Positions 28,348 through 39,145 of a stretch of 64,000 nt of DNA are shown here, in pieces. The notes below the pieces were generated by a model, which ran no database searches, was not told the origin of the DNA, and saw nothing but the letters and a program-made list of their open reading frames with translations. Source of the DNA: a virus; the IMG/VR virus record IMGVR_UViG_3300035438_001058, positions 21,209-85,208 of that record; one strand, written 5' to 3'. Each line of letters opens with the position of its first letter. The stretch's first letter is position 1. The translations under genes and the position numbers were made by a program.

Positions 28348-28488
28348 ATGAAAAATAAATTTTTTACTATAGAAGAACTAATTGCTTTTGGTAACTATCT
28401 CTTGTCTGATAAAAGGGCTGAATTAGTTGATCCTAAAGTACAGAACATGGTACATGATTCTGATCTATTTAATTACTTCATTGACTAA
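28348..28488 (+). CDS. 46-aa hypothetical protein
   Basis: MKNKFFTIEELIAFGNYLLSDKR..., fills the gap exactly. Confidence 0.55.
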   Translation: MKNKFFTIEELIAFGNYLLSDKRAELVDPKVQNMVHDSDLFNYFID

Positions 28489-28490
28489 TA

Positions 28491-28736
28491 ATGACTATAA
28501 AGGTTAATATTTCTTTCGAACTTTGGCCATATCAACAGTCTTACTCAGTAGAAATACCAGAAGATAAGTTTAAGGAAATGGATAAGTATGTGGATTCTAT
28601 AACATCTAATTTAAAGATGTCATTATTATCCCATGTACGTGTCCATCACCCTAATTTATGGTATAAATATTCTCCTTTAGAAGATCAAATACTGGCAACT
28701 TTAAAAATAGAAAATCACACACACAAAATTAAATAA
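28491..28736 (+). CDS. Hypothetical protein
   Basis: TAATG coupled to groEL. Confidence 0.55.
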   Translation: MTIKVNISFELWPYQQSYSVEIPEDKFKEMDKYVDSITSNLKMSLLSHVRVHHPNLWYKYSPLEDQILATLKIENHTHKIK

Positions 28737-30337
28737 TGACAAAGAATATTCATTTAGAAAAAGAAACACGAGATAAAATGCTGGAAGGTGTTTTAACTTT
28801 GGCACACGCAGTAGGATCTACACTAGGACCAATGGGGTCAAACGTAGTAATTGAGACTCCTTACGGAGCTACCACAGTTACTAAGGATGGAGTCACTGTA
28901 GCTAAACATATTGATTTAGATGATGCTGTGCAAAATTTAGGAGCGCAGATATTAAAACAAGCTGCTTCAAGAACAGCTACTCTTGCTGGCGATGGTACAA
29001 CAACTGCTACTGTAATAGCTGCGTCTTTAGTACAGTCTGCGCATAAATTAATTACTGCGGGTGTGAAGCCTATTGATATTAAAAGAAGGTTAGAAATTCT
29101 CTTATTAGAAGCTCTGAATAAGATTCGGATTCAAGCTAAGAGTGTTGACCTTAATAGGATTAAAGAGATCGCCACTATCTCAGCAAATAATGATGAGGAA
29201 ATGGGGGCTTTAATTCAAGACGCTTACAACCATGTTGGCCCCAATGGAATGATCACTTTAGAGGAATCTAAGACAGGTCTAACTCATTTGGTTATGGAAG
29301 AAGGAGTTTCTATTGACAAAGGATTTGTATCTCCTTATTTTATCACTGATTCTGCAAAAGGAGAATGTATTCTAGAGAATCCATTTATCTTTATTACTGA
29401 TTCTAAAGTTAGATATACTCAAGATATAGTACCTATATTGGAAATTGCTGCTTCTAAATCAAGGCCCCTTCTTATTATAGGAGACGAAGTAGATGCTCAA
29501 GCTCTTCAGTTGCTCGTACTAAATAAGATGCGCGGGACAATACAAGTATGTGCTATAAATGCCCCTTCTTTTGGGGATAACAGAACAGCGATATTAGAAG
29601 ATATTGCTGCCCTAACATCTACTACTATTATAACCGCTAAAGCTGGCACTAGGTTAGAGGATACTCCAGAAAGAGCATTAGGAAATGCTCAAAAAGTTAT
29701 CATATCAAAGTCGAAGACTATATTAGTAGGACCTAAGAATAACTTAGAGGCTATTGAGTCTAGAGCTGAAGAAATTCGTAACTCTATGGAATTGGAGCAA
29801 GATCTTTATTTAAAGAATAGACTTCAAAAAAGATTGGCTGATCTTACTGCTAAAGTAGCTGTGCTTCATGTTGGGGGAGCTACTGAAACTGAATTAAAAG
29901 AACGCAAAGATCGTGTAGATGATGCTCTAAGGGCTACTGCTTGTGCCATACAAAAAGGTTACCTTATTGGCGGCGGTGTAGCTCTAGCTCGTGTGTCTTC
30001 TTTCATAGAGATAAAAGATGCTTTAATAGATCCTATTTTTATAAACGCACTAACATCCCCTCTAAAATTAATAGCTTCAAATGCAGGGCAAACAGGAGAA
30101 GTAGTTTTAGCTAAAGTTTTATCTTCAGAAGATCTTGATATTGGTTTTAACGCTCGCACGCTCAAGTATTCTAATTTATTAGAGGATGGTGTAATAGATC
30201 CCGCGTTAGTAGTTGAGCAAGCACTCTCAAACGCAGTATCAGCGGCTTCTATGATATTACTTTCTGCTACGGCAATCACAAATAAAGATAGAAAACCTCC
30301 TTTTAATCCAGGTAATATGGAAGATTATGCTGCATAA
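28736..30337 (+). CDS. groEL: Chaperonin GroEL
   Basis: TLGPMG, VTKDGVTVAK, AGDGTTTATV, GGATETELKERKDRVDDAL, GVIDP. Confidence 0.97.
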   Translation: MTKNIHLEKETRDKMLEGVLTLAHAVGSTLGPMGSNVVIETPYGATTVTKDGVTVAKHIDLDDAVQNLGAQILKQAASRTATLAGDGTTTATVIAASLVQSAHKLITAGVKPIDIKRRLEILLLEALNKIRIQAKSVDLNRIKEIATISANNDEEMGALIQDAYNHVGPNGMITLEESKTGLTHLVMEEGVSIDKGFVSPYFITDSAKGECILENPFIFITDSKVRYTQDIVPILEIAASKSRPLLIIGDEVDAQALQLLVLNKMRGTIQVCAINAPSFGDNRTAILEDIAALTSTTIITAKAGTRLEDTPERALGNAQKVIISKSKTILVGPKNNLEAIESRAEEIRNSMELEQDLYLKNRLQKRLADLTAKVAVLHVGGATETELKERKDRVDDALRATACAIQKGYLIGGGVALARVSSFIEIKDALIDPIFINALTSPLKLIASNAGQTGEVVLAKVLSSEDLDIGFNARTLKYSNLLEDGVIDPALVVEQALSNAVSAASMILLSATAITNKDRKPPFNPGNMEDYAA

Positions 30338-32570
30338 TGCACAAAATTTCTTAGTCAAAGATGTGGAAATTCTCCATCCTTTGTCTCAAGATTATCGTTC
30401 TTATTGAAGAGAACACAAAAGAAGATGTATTGAAGGTTATTGGGTGGGTGGCATTTGGATGCCGCCTGCCCTTTACTATTATGTAAACTTTCATACTATA
30501 AAACTTAATAAAAGTATTCACACTAATACTAAGTCGTACGGTAGACCTTTGTTACGGGATATTGAGTGGGAATTTTTCTATAATTATTCTGAAGCGAGAG
30601 GTTTCTCAGGTTTTAAGAACGATGATAAGTATTCTTGTCATAGAATACTTTTGAATACTGAAGCTACAGACGATTACTTAATTAAATATTACCCAGAGAC
30701 TGTAAATTCTAAGGGGGAAAGAAAGACTTACGTGCCAGCTAGGACGTATATGCGTCAAGTACATCCTTTTGAATCTTCTCCTTTGTTTCAGAACGAGATT
30801 AGGAATTTTATGATGTTAGGATCTCGTGGATTTGGTAAATCTTTCTCTGTATCAGGACTCATAGCTCATAATTTCTTATTTGATGGAGCTACTGAATACA
30901 GCGAGGAAAAGATAATGAATCCGGACGCTGCTGAGATATTAGTAGGGGCGGCCAAATCTGATAGATCCGCAGATATTCTTAAAAAAGTGAAGGATGCATT
31001 TGATTTTTTACCCGGAAAACAGATGGTTAATAATAGGACACATCCATCACCATTCTCTAAACGATTTAGCGGATCTTGAGCAGTTAATTCCACTATTGCA
31101 GCAGAATATAAACGTAAAACAGAAGGTCAATGAACCACAGTAGGTTCCAGATCTAATATAAAGCACAGATCTTTCAACTCAGATGCTTTTGCAGCTCAAG
31201 GAACCAGGCCCATTTTACTAGTTTTGGAGGAAATAGGTATGTTTCCTAATTTAAAGGAAGTACACGCTAACACAGTGGATAACTTAACTGACGGTTACCG
31301 TAAGACTGGTATGGCTATGATGTTAGGAACAGGTGGTGACATGGAACAAGGTACTTTAGATGCTTCTGAAATGTTTTACGAGCCTGATAAATATGATATA
31401 TTGTCTTTTTCTAATGACTGAGAGAGTTCTGGTAACATAGGATACTTTGTTCCAGCGTATTTAGCGCTCAATCAATTTAAAGATGCGCAAGGAAATACCG
31501 ACATAGCGGCTGCTAAGAAGGAGATTGATTCTGTTAGGCGCAAGAAACGTGGAAACTCAGGATCTTCAGATGCGTTGAATAAGGAAATGCAGTATAGACC
31601 TATTGTTCCATCTGAAATGTTCTTAACTAAGACAGCTAACATCTTTCCTGCCGCTGAAATTAGGAGAAGGCTTTCAGAAGTGCAGTCATTTGATCTGTAT
31701 AACCAGTCAGAGAAGAAAGTTAATCTATATTTCGACCCAAAATCTCAGTTTAATGGTGTATCTTACAATATAAATGACTCTTTAAACGCCATTAGCTCGT
31801 TCCCGTACAAGGGAGATGATAGAGAAGGGGCTGTTGTTTTATACGAATTACCTAAGTTTATAGAAGACAAGGTCCCGTCAGATGCCTATATTATAGGATG
31901 TGACCCATTTAGAGATGATACGAATACAGGAGAATCTTTGGCAGCTATATATGTTATGAAAACCTCTAAATACATATCTAGTATAGGGTATGATGAGATA
32001 GTAGCCTCGTATATTGGTAGACCATACTTCGGTAAAAATGAGGTAAACGAAACTCTATATAAATTGTCCTTATTTTATGGGGGTGCTAAGATTTATTTTG
32101 AGAATGCAGTAGGAAATGTAAAAGATTACTTTGAGAAAATCAGAAGACTAGACTTATTAGCTAGGCAACCAGTCACAGTTTTTAATAAGAAAGCTTCTTA
32201 TGATTCATCCCCGCAAGTTATTTATGGGTACCCAATGTCTAATGATAAAGTAAAATGAGAAGCGATACAATACTTACGCTCTTGGTTATTGCAAGAACGT
32301 GAAGAAAATAAAAGAAATCTGGATTTAATTATAGATCCAGGCCTACTTCAAGAGTTATTGGCCTTTAATATGAGTATAAATACTGATAGAGTAATGTCTT
32401 TAGTAGGTTGTATAATAGGATTAGAAGAAATAAACAATATCTCGAAAAGAAAGCAAGAGTTTTTGTCTGAAGATAGCGCACTTCAGAAGGACATTAATAG
32501 GTTAATTATAAATAATAAACGTTTATTTCAAGATGTTAAATTTCCCAAAGCAACGTCTCTCCTATTCTAA
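30327..32570 (+). CDS. terL: Terminase large subunit, 747 aa, five TGA=Trp (30405, 31077, 31131, 31419, 32256)
   Basis: Four track fragments share one frame broken only by TGA. Walker A GSRGFGKS, Walker B LVLEEIG, nuclease IIGCDP; directly upstream of the portal. Confidence 0.93.
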
Positions 32571-34956
32571 AAAATCAGAAGATGATTTTAGATGGGCGAG
32601 GAAAGTTATGGAATCTTTACTTCAATTTTCTCCAGCACAAAAGAATATAGCTAGTGATTACACTTCAGAGTACGGAAGGAAATTATCTAACTATAGGTTG
32701 TACAATAATCAACTAGATCAGAAAGATTTTGAGAGAGAATGTAATCCATTAGGATTAGAAGTAGGGCAATTCCAGGATTCAATACAACCTTATAATAAGA
32801 CATATAATAAGATTCAGGTTTTATTAGGTGATGAGTTAAAACGTCCGTTTAATTACAGAGCGGTTTTAGTCAACACTGAGGGCGTGCAGTCTAAGTTACA
32901 GAAGAGAGATTCTTTATATAGAAACTATATATACTCTCAGTTACAAGAAACAGTGAAATCTATAGGTGCCGCTTATGTTCCAGAGTTAGTCGATACAATG
33001 ACAGAGCATATACTACCTCCAGAGGACATTGAAAAATACATGAAGTACTCCTATCGAGAGCGAAGAGAAATCTTAGCTGAGAATATACTCAACTATTTAA
33101 CGAGAAAATTATCCTTAAAAGATAAGAAAAACGATGCTTTCAAGCACGCGTTAATAGCTGGAGAGGAAATCATTTATGTAGGTACTAATAATGGTGAGCC
33201 TCACCTAGAAGTCATTAATCCCCTAGGAGTGTTTTACCACAAGTCTCCAGAAACAAAGTGGATCCAAGATTCATTATATGCTGGATTTAGGACTTATATG
33301 ACGGTAGGAGAGGTTATGGATAGATACGGTAAGTATCTAACCAAGGCTGAGATTACTAAGCTGGACAATACCACTACAGCAGGAGGAGCTTTACCAGACC
33401 ATAATATGGGCAGTACGCAGTCGTACGGCATACAAGATCAAGATAGGGTTTTATCTAAGATGTATAATTATGACTCAGGATCTTACGGAGATTCTCACCA
33501 CGAGGATATATTAGTACAGCACGTGGAATGGAAGTCCCAGAAAAAAGTAGGCTTTCTAACCATGATAAATGAGTATGGGGAAGAAGAAGAGCAGATGATA
33601 TCTGAAGATTTCAAAGTCCCTAATAATGCTATAAAGCAGGTGGAAGTAAAAGACTTTGGTCAAAGATGTGATTATTATTATTGGGAAGAGAATGGTATAA
33701 AATTCAAATTAGAATGGGACTGGATTCCAGAAGTTTGGACTGGTACAAAGATCAATAACGATATTTATTGCATGATAGGACCTAAAGATCAACAATTCAG
33801 ACCTTTAGATAATCCCAAAGAAGTGTCCCTGGGGTATCACGGAGTAATCTATAATGCTATGAACGCTACCTCTATCTCATTGATGGATAGAATGAAGCCT
33901 TACCAGTATCTGTACTTTATTGTTATGCATAAGCTTAAAAAAGCTATAGCACAAGACCAAGGTAAAGTATTTCACTTCGATGTTACAATGATTGATCCTA
34001 AAATAGGATTGGATAAAACCATGTACTATTTAAAGGAGATGAATATAGACTTTTTTAATCCATTAGCTAATGGAGATCAGCCTGGGCAAAATCAAAGGGG
34101 TAAAGTATCGCACTCTACCGATATGTCTAATATGGCCAATATCAATAACTATATTAATCTACTGCAATCCATTGATCAGCAAATATCAGACGTAGCAGGT
34201 ATTAATAGACAACGAGAAGGACAAATTTCTCCTTCAGAAGCGGTGTCTAATACCCAATCAAACCTTCAAATGTCGGCTTTGATTACTGAGATTTATTTTC
34301 AAGCTCACTCCAAACTATGGGAGAAATGTTTGAATTCAATGATAGCTGTAACCCAACAAGCTTGGAAAGGTAAAAGTATAGCAAAGCAATACATATTAGA
34401 TGATCAATCAATCGCTACACTAGAGATGAATAATGATGATATTATGGATTGTGAGCTAGGAGTTTTTGTTACGGATTCAGGTAAGGAGTACGAAATATTC
34501 AATGCTCTTATGGGCAAAGCGGAGTCACTTGTACAAGCACAAAAAGCTTCTTTTTCTGATATGATCCGATTATACGAGTCTAACTCAGTAGCAGAATTAA
34601 AGGCTGGTATAGAAAGCTCTGAAGAACTAAGTCAGAGACGACAGCAAGAAGCACAACAAGCTCAAATAGAAGCAGCTCAACAAGCTCAACAAGCAGAACA
34701 TGATTTCCAAATGGAGAAATTGGCTATAGAACAAGAGCATGAGTTAATGATAGCTCAGATTGAATCATTTAAATTCCAGAAAGACCAGGATGCAAATGAT
34801 AATGGGTTACCAGATCAATTTGAGATTTATAAGTTACGTCAAGACGCTGGTTTTAAAGATCGTAAACTATCCCTAGAAGAAAAAAAGTTAGAATTCAATA
34901 AGCAGAAAAGCGAAAAAGAGTTACAAATAAAGCGTTCTCAAAACAATAAAAAATAA
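32533..34956 (+). CDS. Portal protein (crAss-like)
   Basis: 807 aa after terL; FPKQRL start, SLMDRMKPYQYLY, Q-rich coiled C-terminus. Confidence 0.85.
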   Translation: MLNFPKQRLSYSKKSEDDFRWARKVMESLLQFSPAQKNIASDYTSEYGRKLSNYRLYNNQLDQKDFERECNPLGLEVGQFQDSIQPYNKTYNKIQVLLGDELKRPFNYRAVLVNTEGVQSKLQKRDSLYRNYIYSQLQETVKSIGAAYVPELVDTMTEHILPPEDIEKYMKYSYRERREILAENILNYLTRKLSLKDKKNDAFKHALIAGEEIIYVGTNNGEPHLEVINPLGVFYHKSPETKWIQDSLYAGFRTYMTVGEVMDRYGKYLTKAEITKLDNTTTAGGALPDHNMGSTQSYGIQDQDRVLSKMYNYDSGSYGDSHHEDILVQHVEWKSQKKVGFLTMINEYGEEEEQMISEDFKVPNNAIKQVEVKDFGQRCDYYYWEENGIKFKLEWDWIPEVWTGTKINNDIYCMIGPKDQQFRPLDNPKEVSLGYHGVIYNAMNATSISLMDRMKPYQYLYFIVMHKLKKAIAQDQGKVFHFDVTMIDPKIGLDKTMYYLKEMNIDFFNPLANGDQPGQNQRGKVSHSTDMSNMANINNYINLLQSIDQQISDVAGINRQREGQISPSEAVSNTQSNLQMSALITEIYFQAHSKLWEKCLNSMIAVTQQAWKGKSIAKQYILDDQSIATLEMNNDDIMDCELGVFVTDSGKEYEIFNALMGKAESLVQAQKASFSDMIRLYESNSVAELKAGIESSEELSQRRQQEAQQAQIEAAQQAQQAEHDFQMEKLAIEQEHELMIAQIESFKFQKDQDANDNGLPDQFEIYKLRQDAGFKDRKLSLEEKKLEFNKQKSEKELQIKRSQNNKK

Positions 34957-35023
34957 AACGGCTATTGTAAACTACAAATTTACTTATTAGACCTTGTAAA
35001 ATATATAATATAATATTATTTTT

Positions 35024-36067
35024 ATGATAAATACGAATGATGACTTTTTAGAGCAAATGTTTTCTGATCCTTCAACTACTCCATCAATGCTAAATGATGA
35101 TAAAGGTTTTGAAGATTCCCCAGAAATAACTTCTGATGAAACAGAAGAACCAGAAGACGCTCCGGAAGCTCCTAGAGAAGTTTTAGAAGACAATGACCCA
35201 GTTGTAGAGAATTACGTAAAGTTTCTACAAGAGAATGATCTTATAGAGATACCAGAAGATTACGATTTTCAAGGTACTCCAGATCAAATTCAGGAAGTAT
35301 TTGAGTACACTAAAAAAACTAGGTCTGATAAAGCTATACAATCAGTTTTTCAGCAACTTCCAGACGACTTCAAACCACTCCTAGAATACGCGCTTAGAGG
35401 CGGGACTTCTCTGCAGGATTATATGGATACTTTTTCTGATGACTTATCTAACTACGGTTTAGACACTGAAGAAGACCAAAAAGAAATTCTATTTAAATAC
35501 TACAAAGAAACCTCTCCTTATCCAGACGATAAAATTGAGCGGTTGATTTCTCGTTTTAATGATGAGGAAGAACTACGTCTGGAAGCAGCTGATGCTTATC
35601 AAGAGTTGCTGCAAATACGCGAAGAAAAAAAGAGAGAGCTCATCGTGGAAGCACAGGCTCAAAGAGAAGCGTATAGAGCAGATCTTGAACAAAAGACTAT
35701 ATCTTTAAACAGAGCTATAGAAGAAACAACTGCTATTCATCCACAAAGAAAAAACAAAGTACGGGCTTTCTTTTTTGATCCCATACAAACAGCAAACTCT
35801 GTTACTACAGGATTTAATGCTACGATAGCTTCTATCTTATCAAATCCAGAACATCAGGCACAACTTGCTGATATACTATTAGATTATAATCATAATAATG
35901 GTTTTTCCTCTGATAGAATAGAACGACGTGTTAAAACTAAGGCAACTCAAGATTTTAAGACGTTATTGAAAACTAAACTAGATCCAAAACAAGCTCAAAG
36001 ATCTTCAACATCTAGAGCACCTCAATCAACTTCCTTTAATTGGGAAGACTATTCACAATCTTTATAA
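35024..36067 (+). CDS. Acidic scaffold-like protein
   Basis: Position between portal and capsid gene; acidic N-terminus. Confidence 0.65.
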   Translation: MINTNDDFLEQMFSDPSTTPSMLNDDKGFEDSPEITSDETEEPEDAPEAPREVLEDNDPVVENYVKFLQENDLIEIPEDYDFQGTPDQIQEVFEYTKKTRSDKAIQSVFQQLPDDFKPLLEYALRGGTSLQDYMDTFSDDLSNYGLDTEEDQKEILFKYYKETSPYPDDKIERLISRFNDEEELRLEAADAYQELLQIREEKKRELIVEAQAQREAYRADLEQKTISLNRAIEETTAIHPQRKNKVRAFFFDPIQTANSVTTGFNATIASILSNPEHQAQLADILLDYNHNNGFSSDRIERRVKTKATQDFKTLLKTKLDPKQAQRSSTSRAPQSTSFNWEDYSQSL

Positions 36068-36072
36068 TTTAC

Positions 36073-37548
36073 ATGGCTACTCCTCAATCTTCTTTAATAA
36101 TCAAACGTTACGACGCTTTTGGCGGTAACTTTATTGATTCTGATTACCTAGCTGCTTCTTACGAGAGCGGCAAACCTACATACCTGCCAGGTATGATGAT
36201 GCAGACATATTCGTCACAGTCACGCTTTATGAATCTGAAACCCCTCTTGAATCTTGTTGGCGTTAGTTCCAACGGAGGAAAAGAGATTGAATCTGAAATT
36301 GTTCGTTGGTACCTACGTGGCGCAGAAGATCGCGATGCTCGTTCTATTGAAGCTGTAGATATTACCAACACTACACCAGGTCTTAACGGTACTACTTTCC
36401 GCATTAAATTGGATTTGGATTATTTCCACTTCCCAGATATCCTTACTCCAGAAGATAACGATTTCCCTATTCAAGTAGTGGAAGGAGCAATTCCAGACGG
36501 TACAGGTTACATTTATGTTTGTAAACTTGTTACAGACAACCCACAGCTTTTTGTAGACCCTAATCTTTTACAGGCTGGTCGCACTTTCACTAAAGTATCT
36601 ACCGCTGTGCCTTCTGAGTACAACCAATGGTTCGGCACTCAGCAGTATCCAAACGTATTCTTGCTTGAAGCACAACTTGGTTCTTTCGGACAATCTTTGC
36701 ACATCACTGACAAAGCTTGGAGAGACGGTGGTCGTCTTGGAGTTACTTTCCAGCACACTAACGCTGCAGGCGCTACTTCAGAGGTAAACAAATTTATCCC
36801 TTACGCAGAGAACGTAATGGTAGATGAGTTCTACAAAACTATCGAATGGGCAGCTGTATACGGTAAGAAATCTACCATGTCAGGTCCAGATAAATATTGG
36901 ATCAAAACAGGTCACGGTCTTCGTGAGCAACTCAGAGATGGTTGGACTCAGCAATACACTGGAGCTCTTTCTGTAACACTTCTTCAAGATTATCTGATGT
37001 CCGTATTCTTTGGACGTGCTGATGAGACTAATCGTGATGTAAAAGTAATGACCGGAACTCTCGGTTCAATCTTGTTCCACAATGCTTTGGCAGCTGTGGC
37101 TAACGGATTCCTTACCGTTGATACACACTATGTACGCGATATCAAATCTCCTACATCTACTCCTTGGCTTGCTTATGGCGCAGAGTTCCGTCGCTATACT
37201 GGTCCATCAGGTATCTCCGTAGATTTGATGTTGAATCCAATGTACGATAGTATGCAGTATTGCAAACAATTCCACCCACAGTACCCAGATATGCCGATTG
37301 ATTCCGCTCGTATGACATTCCTTGATTTTGGAGGAATGGGCGTAGACAAGAACATTGAGCTTCTGAAAGTTAAGGACTCTTTCTATTACGGCTACAAGCC
37401 TGGTATGTTGTCCCCATCTGGCCCAATCAAAAATAACGGTATGTTTGGCGAATTAAAAGCTGGTTACGATGTAGCTATCCAAGGTTCTTTCGGTATTGTT
37501 ATGCGTGATGTAACCCGTGGTGGTGAACTTATCATGTCTGTAGAGTAA
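36073..37548 (+). CDS. Major capsid protein (crAss-like)
   Basis: About 490 aa, synteny, TGHGLREQL, distinct codon bias; start MATPQ. Confidence 0.85.
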   Translation: MATPQSSLIIKRYDAFGGNFIDSDYLAASYESGKPTYLPGMMMQTYSSQSRFMNLKPLLNLVGVSSNGGKEIESEIVRWYLRGAEDRDARSIEAVDITNTTPGLNGTTFRIKLDLDYFHFPDILTPEDNDFPIQVVEGAIPDGTGYIYVCKLVTDNPQLFVDPNLLQAGRTFTKVSTAVPSEYNQWFGTQQYPNVFLLEAQLGSFGQSLHITDKAWRDGGRLGVTFQHTNAAGATSEVNKFIPYAENVMVDEFYKTIEWAAVYGKKSTMSGPDKYWIKTGHGLREQLRDGWTQQYTGALSVTLLQDYLMSVFFGRADETNRDVKVMTGTLGSILFHNALAAVANGFLTVDTHYVRDIKSPTSTPWLAYGAEFRRYTGPSGISVDLMLNPMYDSMQYCKQFHPQYPDMPIDSARMTFLDFGGMGVDKNIELLKVKDSFYYGYKPGMLSPSGPIKNNGMFGELKAGYDVAIQGSFGIVMRDVTRGGELIMSVE

Positions 37549-37895
37549 TGAATATAGAGCAGCAACTGGGAATCAAGTTGTCTGTACTAGTAGCAGGTTT
37601 AGTAGGAGGCATCGTTTCACTAACTTACGAAGAAAAAATCTCTTTTCAAAGAGCCGTTCTTCTTATAGTAGCTGGTGCCTCTACTGCAGCCTATTTACAA
37701 CCATTAGCTGAACACTATATGAGTATCCCAGAGAATTTCTCCTCTGGTTTAGGATTTGTTTTAGGACTGATTTCCATGAAATTAATAGATTCCGTAATGA
37801 TAAACGCTACTCATTTATTAGATAAATATTTGTATGCAAAGCGAAATAATCCCCCTGACACTGACGGCGACAAACGTAGCAGTGACATTGATTAG
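37548..37895 (+). CDS. Putative holin
   Basis: Three small TM segments, VAGLVGGIVSL. Confidence 0.7.
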   Translation: MNIEQQLGIKLSVLVAGLVGGIVSLTYEEKISFQRAVLLIVAGASTAAYLQPLAEHYMSIPENFSSGLGFVLGLISMKLIDSVMINATHLLDKYLYAKRNNPPDTDGDKRSSDID

Positions 37896-38109
37896 CATTG
37901 CTGGGATAATACATATTCTCCAGGAAAAATTTATGCAGCCCAAGGCTTTAAAAGAAAAGTCTAAATGTGTATATTATATTCTTAGAGGGTCCCTAGCATC
38001 TTTAGCTGCCGTGCAATTGGTAACTTTATCATTCCCTGTATCTATACCGCTTTTGCTTGTTAATTTATGTACAGCAGCCATATCTACAATAGTAACAAAA
38101 AACTTTTAA
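37834..38109 (+). CDS. Small membrane protein (holin/antiholin partner)
   Basis: 2-3 TM segments; overlaps the holin. Confidence 0.55.
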   Translation: MQSEIIPLTLTATNVAVTLISIAGIIHILQEKFMQPKALKEKSKCVYYILRGSLASLAAVQLVTLSFPVSIPLLLVNLCTAAISTIVTKNF

Positions 38110-38156
38110 CAATACGTTGGGAATTCCCAGCGGTCTTCATCTCTTAAAGAAGTAAA

Positions 38157-39143
38157 ATGAGCAAATTAGTATTTATTTATAGTATCCCCAGAAACACTGC
38201 TTCTGGTATATCCGATTGGGTGAGCGATACTTCAGGAGTTAAACTAAAGAAAACAAAAGTTGGACGCGCAAAAGACAAACTTTCTGCGTTATACTCTGAT
38301 AGAATTGGAGGACTAGCTAACTATATTTCATACAATTATCACACAGATCCAAAGACAGGTAAGCAAACTTTAAATGATAAAGGCGAACCGATGTTAATGC
38401 AAGAATATTTGGAAAAAAAGTGGAACAAACCTCCAGGTTATTTTACAAACCAAGCTACAACTAGAAATTACAAAGGAGACGGTTCTGACTTTACTTATTT
38501 CCAACAAACTGTTTGGACATTAGCAGACGGGTGCACCGTATTAGATTTAAATAAAATGGACGATGAGTTAGGATACTATATGTTCCTAGCATCTTCTAAA
38601 GTAGCTAACTCTGAGCGAGAGTGGAAAGAACACAAGTGGCCAAAAGCTACTCACTACATTGCTTTGGAGAATGAATCTGAGGAGTTGAAATACAACAGAA
38701 CGCAACTTAAAACAAAAGCGTATGCTGCACTACACTCAGTAGATCTCACCGAAGTAGTAAAACGTAAGTTAGTATCTTTGTTAAATTTAGCTTCTACTAA
38801 AGCTAAATTATCTGAGCAACAAGTGCATAATGTGTTAACTGATTATATAGAAGCTTCGTCGTACACAGCCGGGTCTAATATTGAGAAGTTTCAAAACCTA
38901 GTGAATATGTTGAAAACAGCTCCCACAAGAGAGAAGTTTGAGGCAATGTATCTTCTAAAGAATGCGGACGATTTAGGTATTATTATTTCTAAACAAGATA
39001 TATGGACTTGGTTAAATCCAAAAGGATCTCCCCTTACTATAGGTAATAGATACTCTGAGGCAATAGAATTTATTTTAAATCCTAAAAAAGCTGACGAGAT
39101 TTTAGAGATTAAACAAAATATCAAAGACAAACAAAATCAATAA
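38157..39143 (+). CDS. Conserved crAss-like capsid-module protein
   Basis: Synteny and size. Confidence 0.55.
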   Translation: MSKLVFIYSIPRNTASGISDWVSDTSGVKLKKTKVGRAKDKLSALYSDRIGGLANYISYNYHTDPKTGKQTLNDKGEPMLMQEYLEKKWNKPPGYFTNQATTRNYKGDGSDFTYFQQTVWTLADGCTVLDLNKMDDELGYYMFLASSKVANSEREWKEHKWPKATHYIALENESEELKYNRTQLKTKAYAALHSVDLTEVVKRKLVSLLNLASTKAKLSEQQVHNVLTDYIEASSYTAGSNIEKFQNLVNMLKTAPTREKFEAMYLLKNADDLGIIISKQDIWTWLNPKGSPLTIGNRYSEAIEFILNPKKADEILEIKQNIKDKQNQ

Positions 39144-39145
39144 TT

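Noticed and set aside
30327-32570. terL as a pseudogene or intron/intein-split gene
   Set aside because: All fragments are in one frame, separated only by single TGA codons with no inserted sequence.
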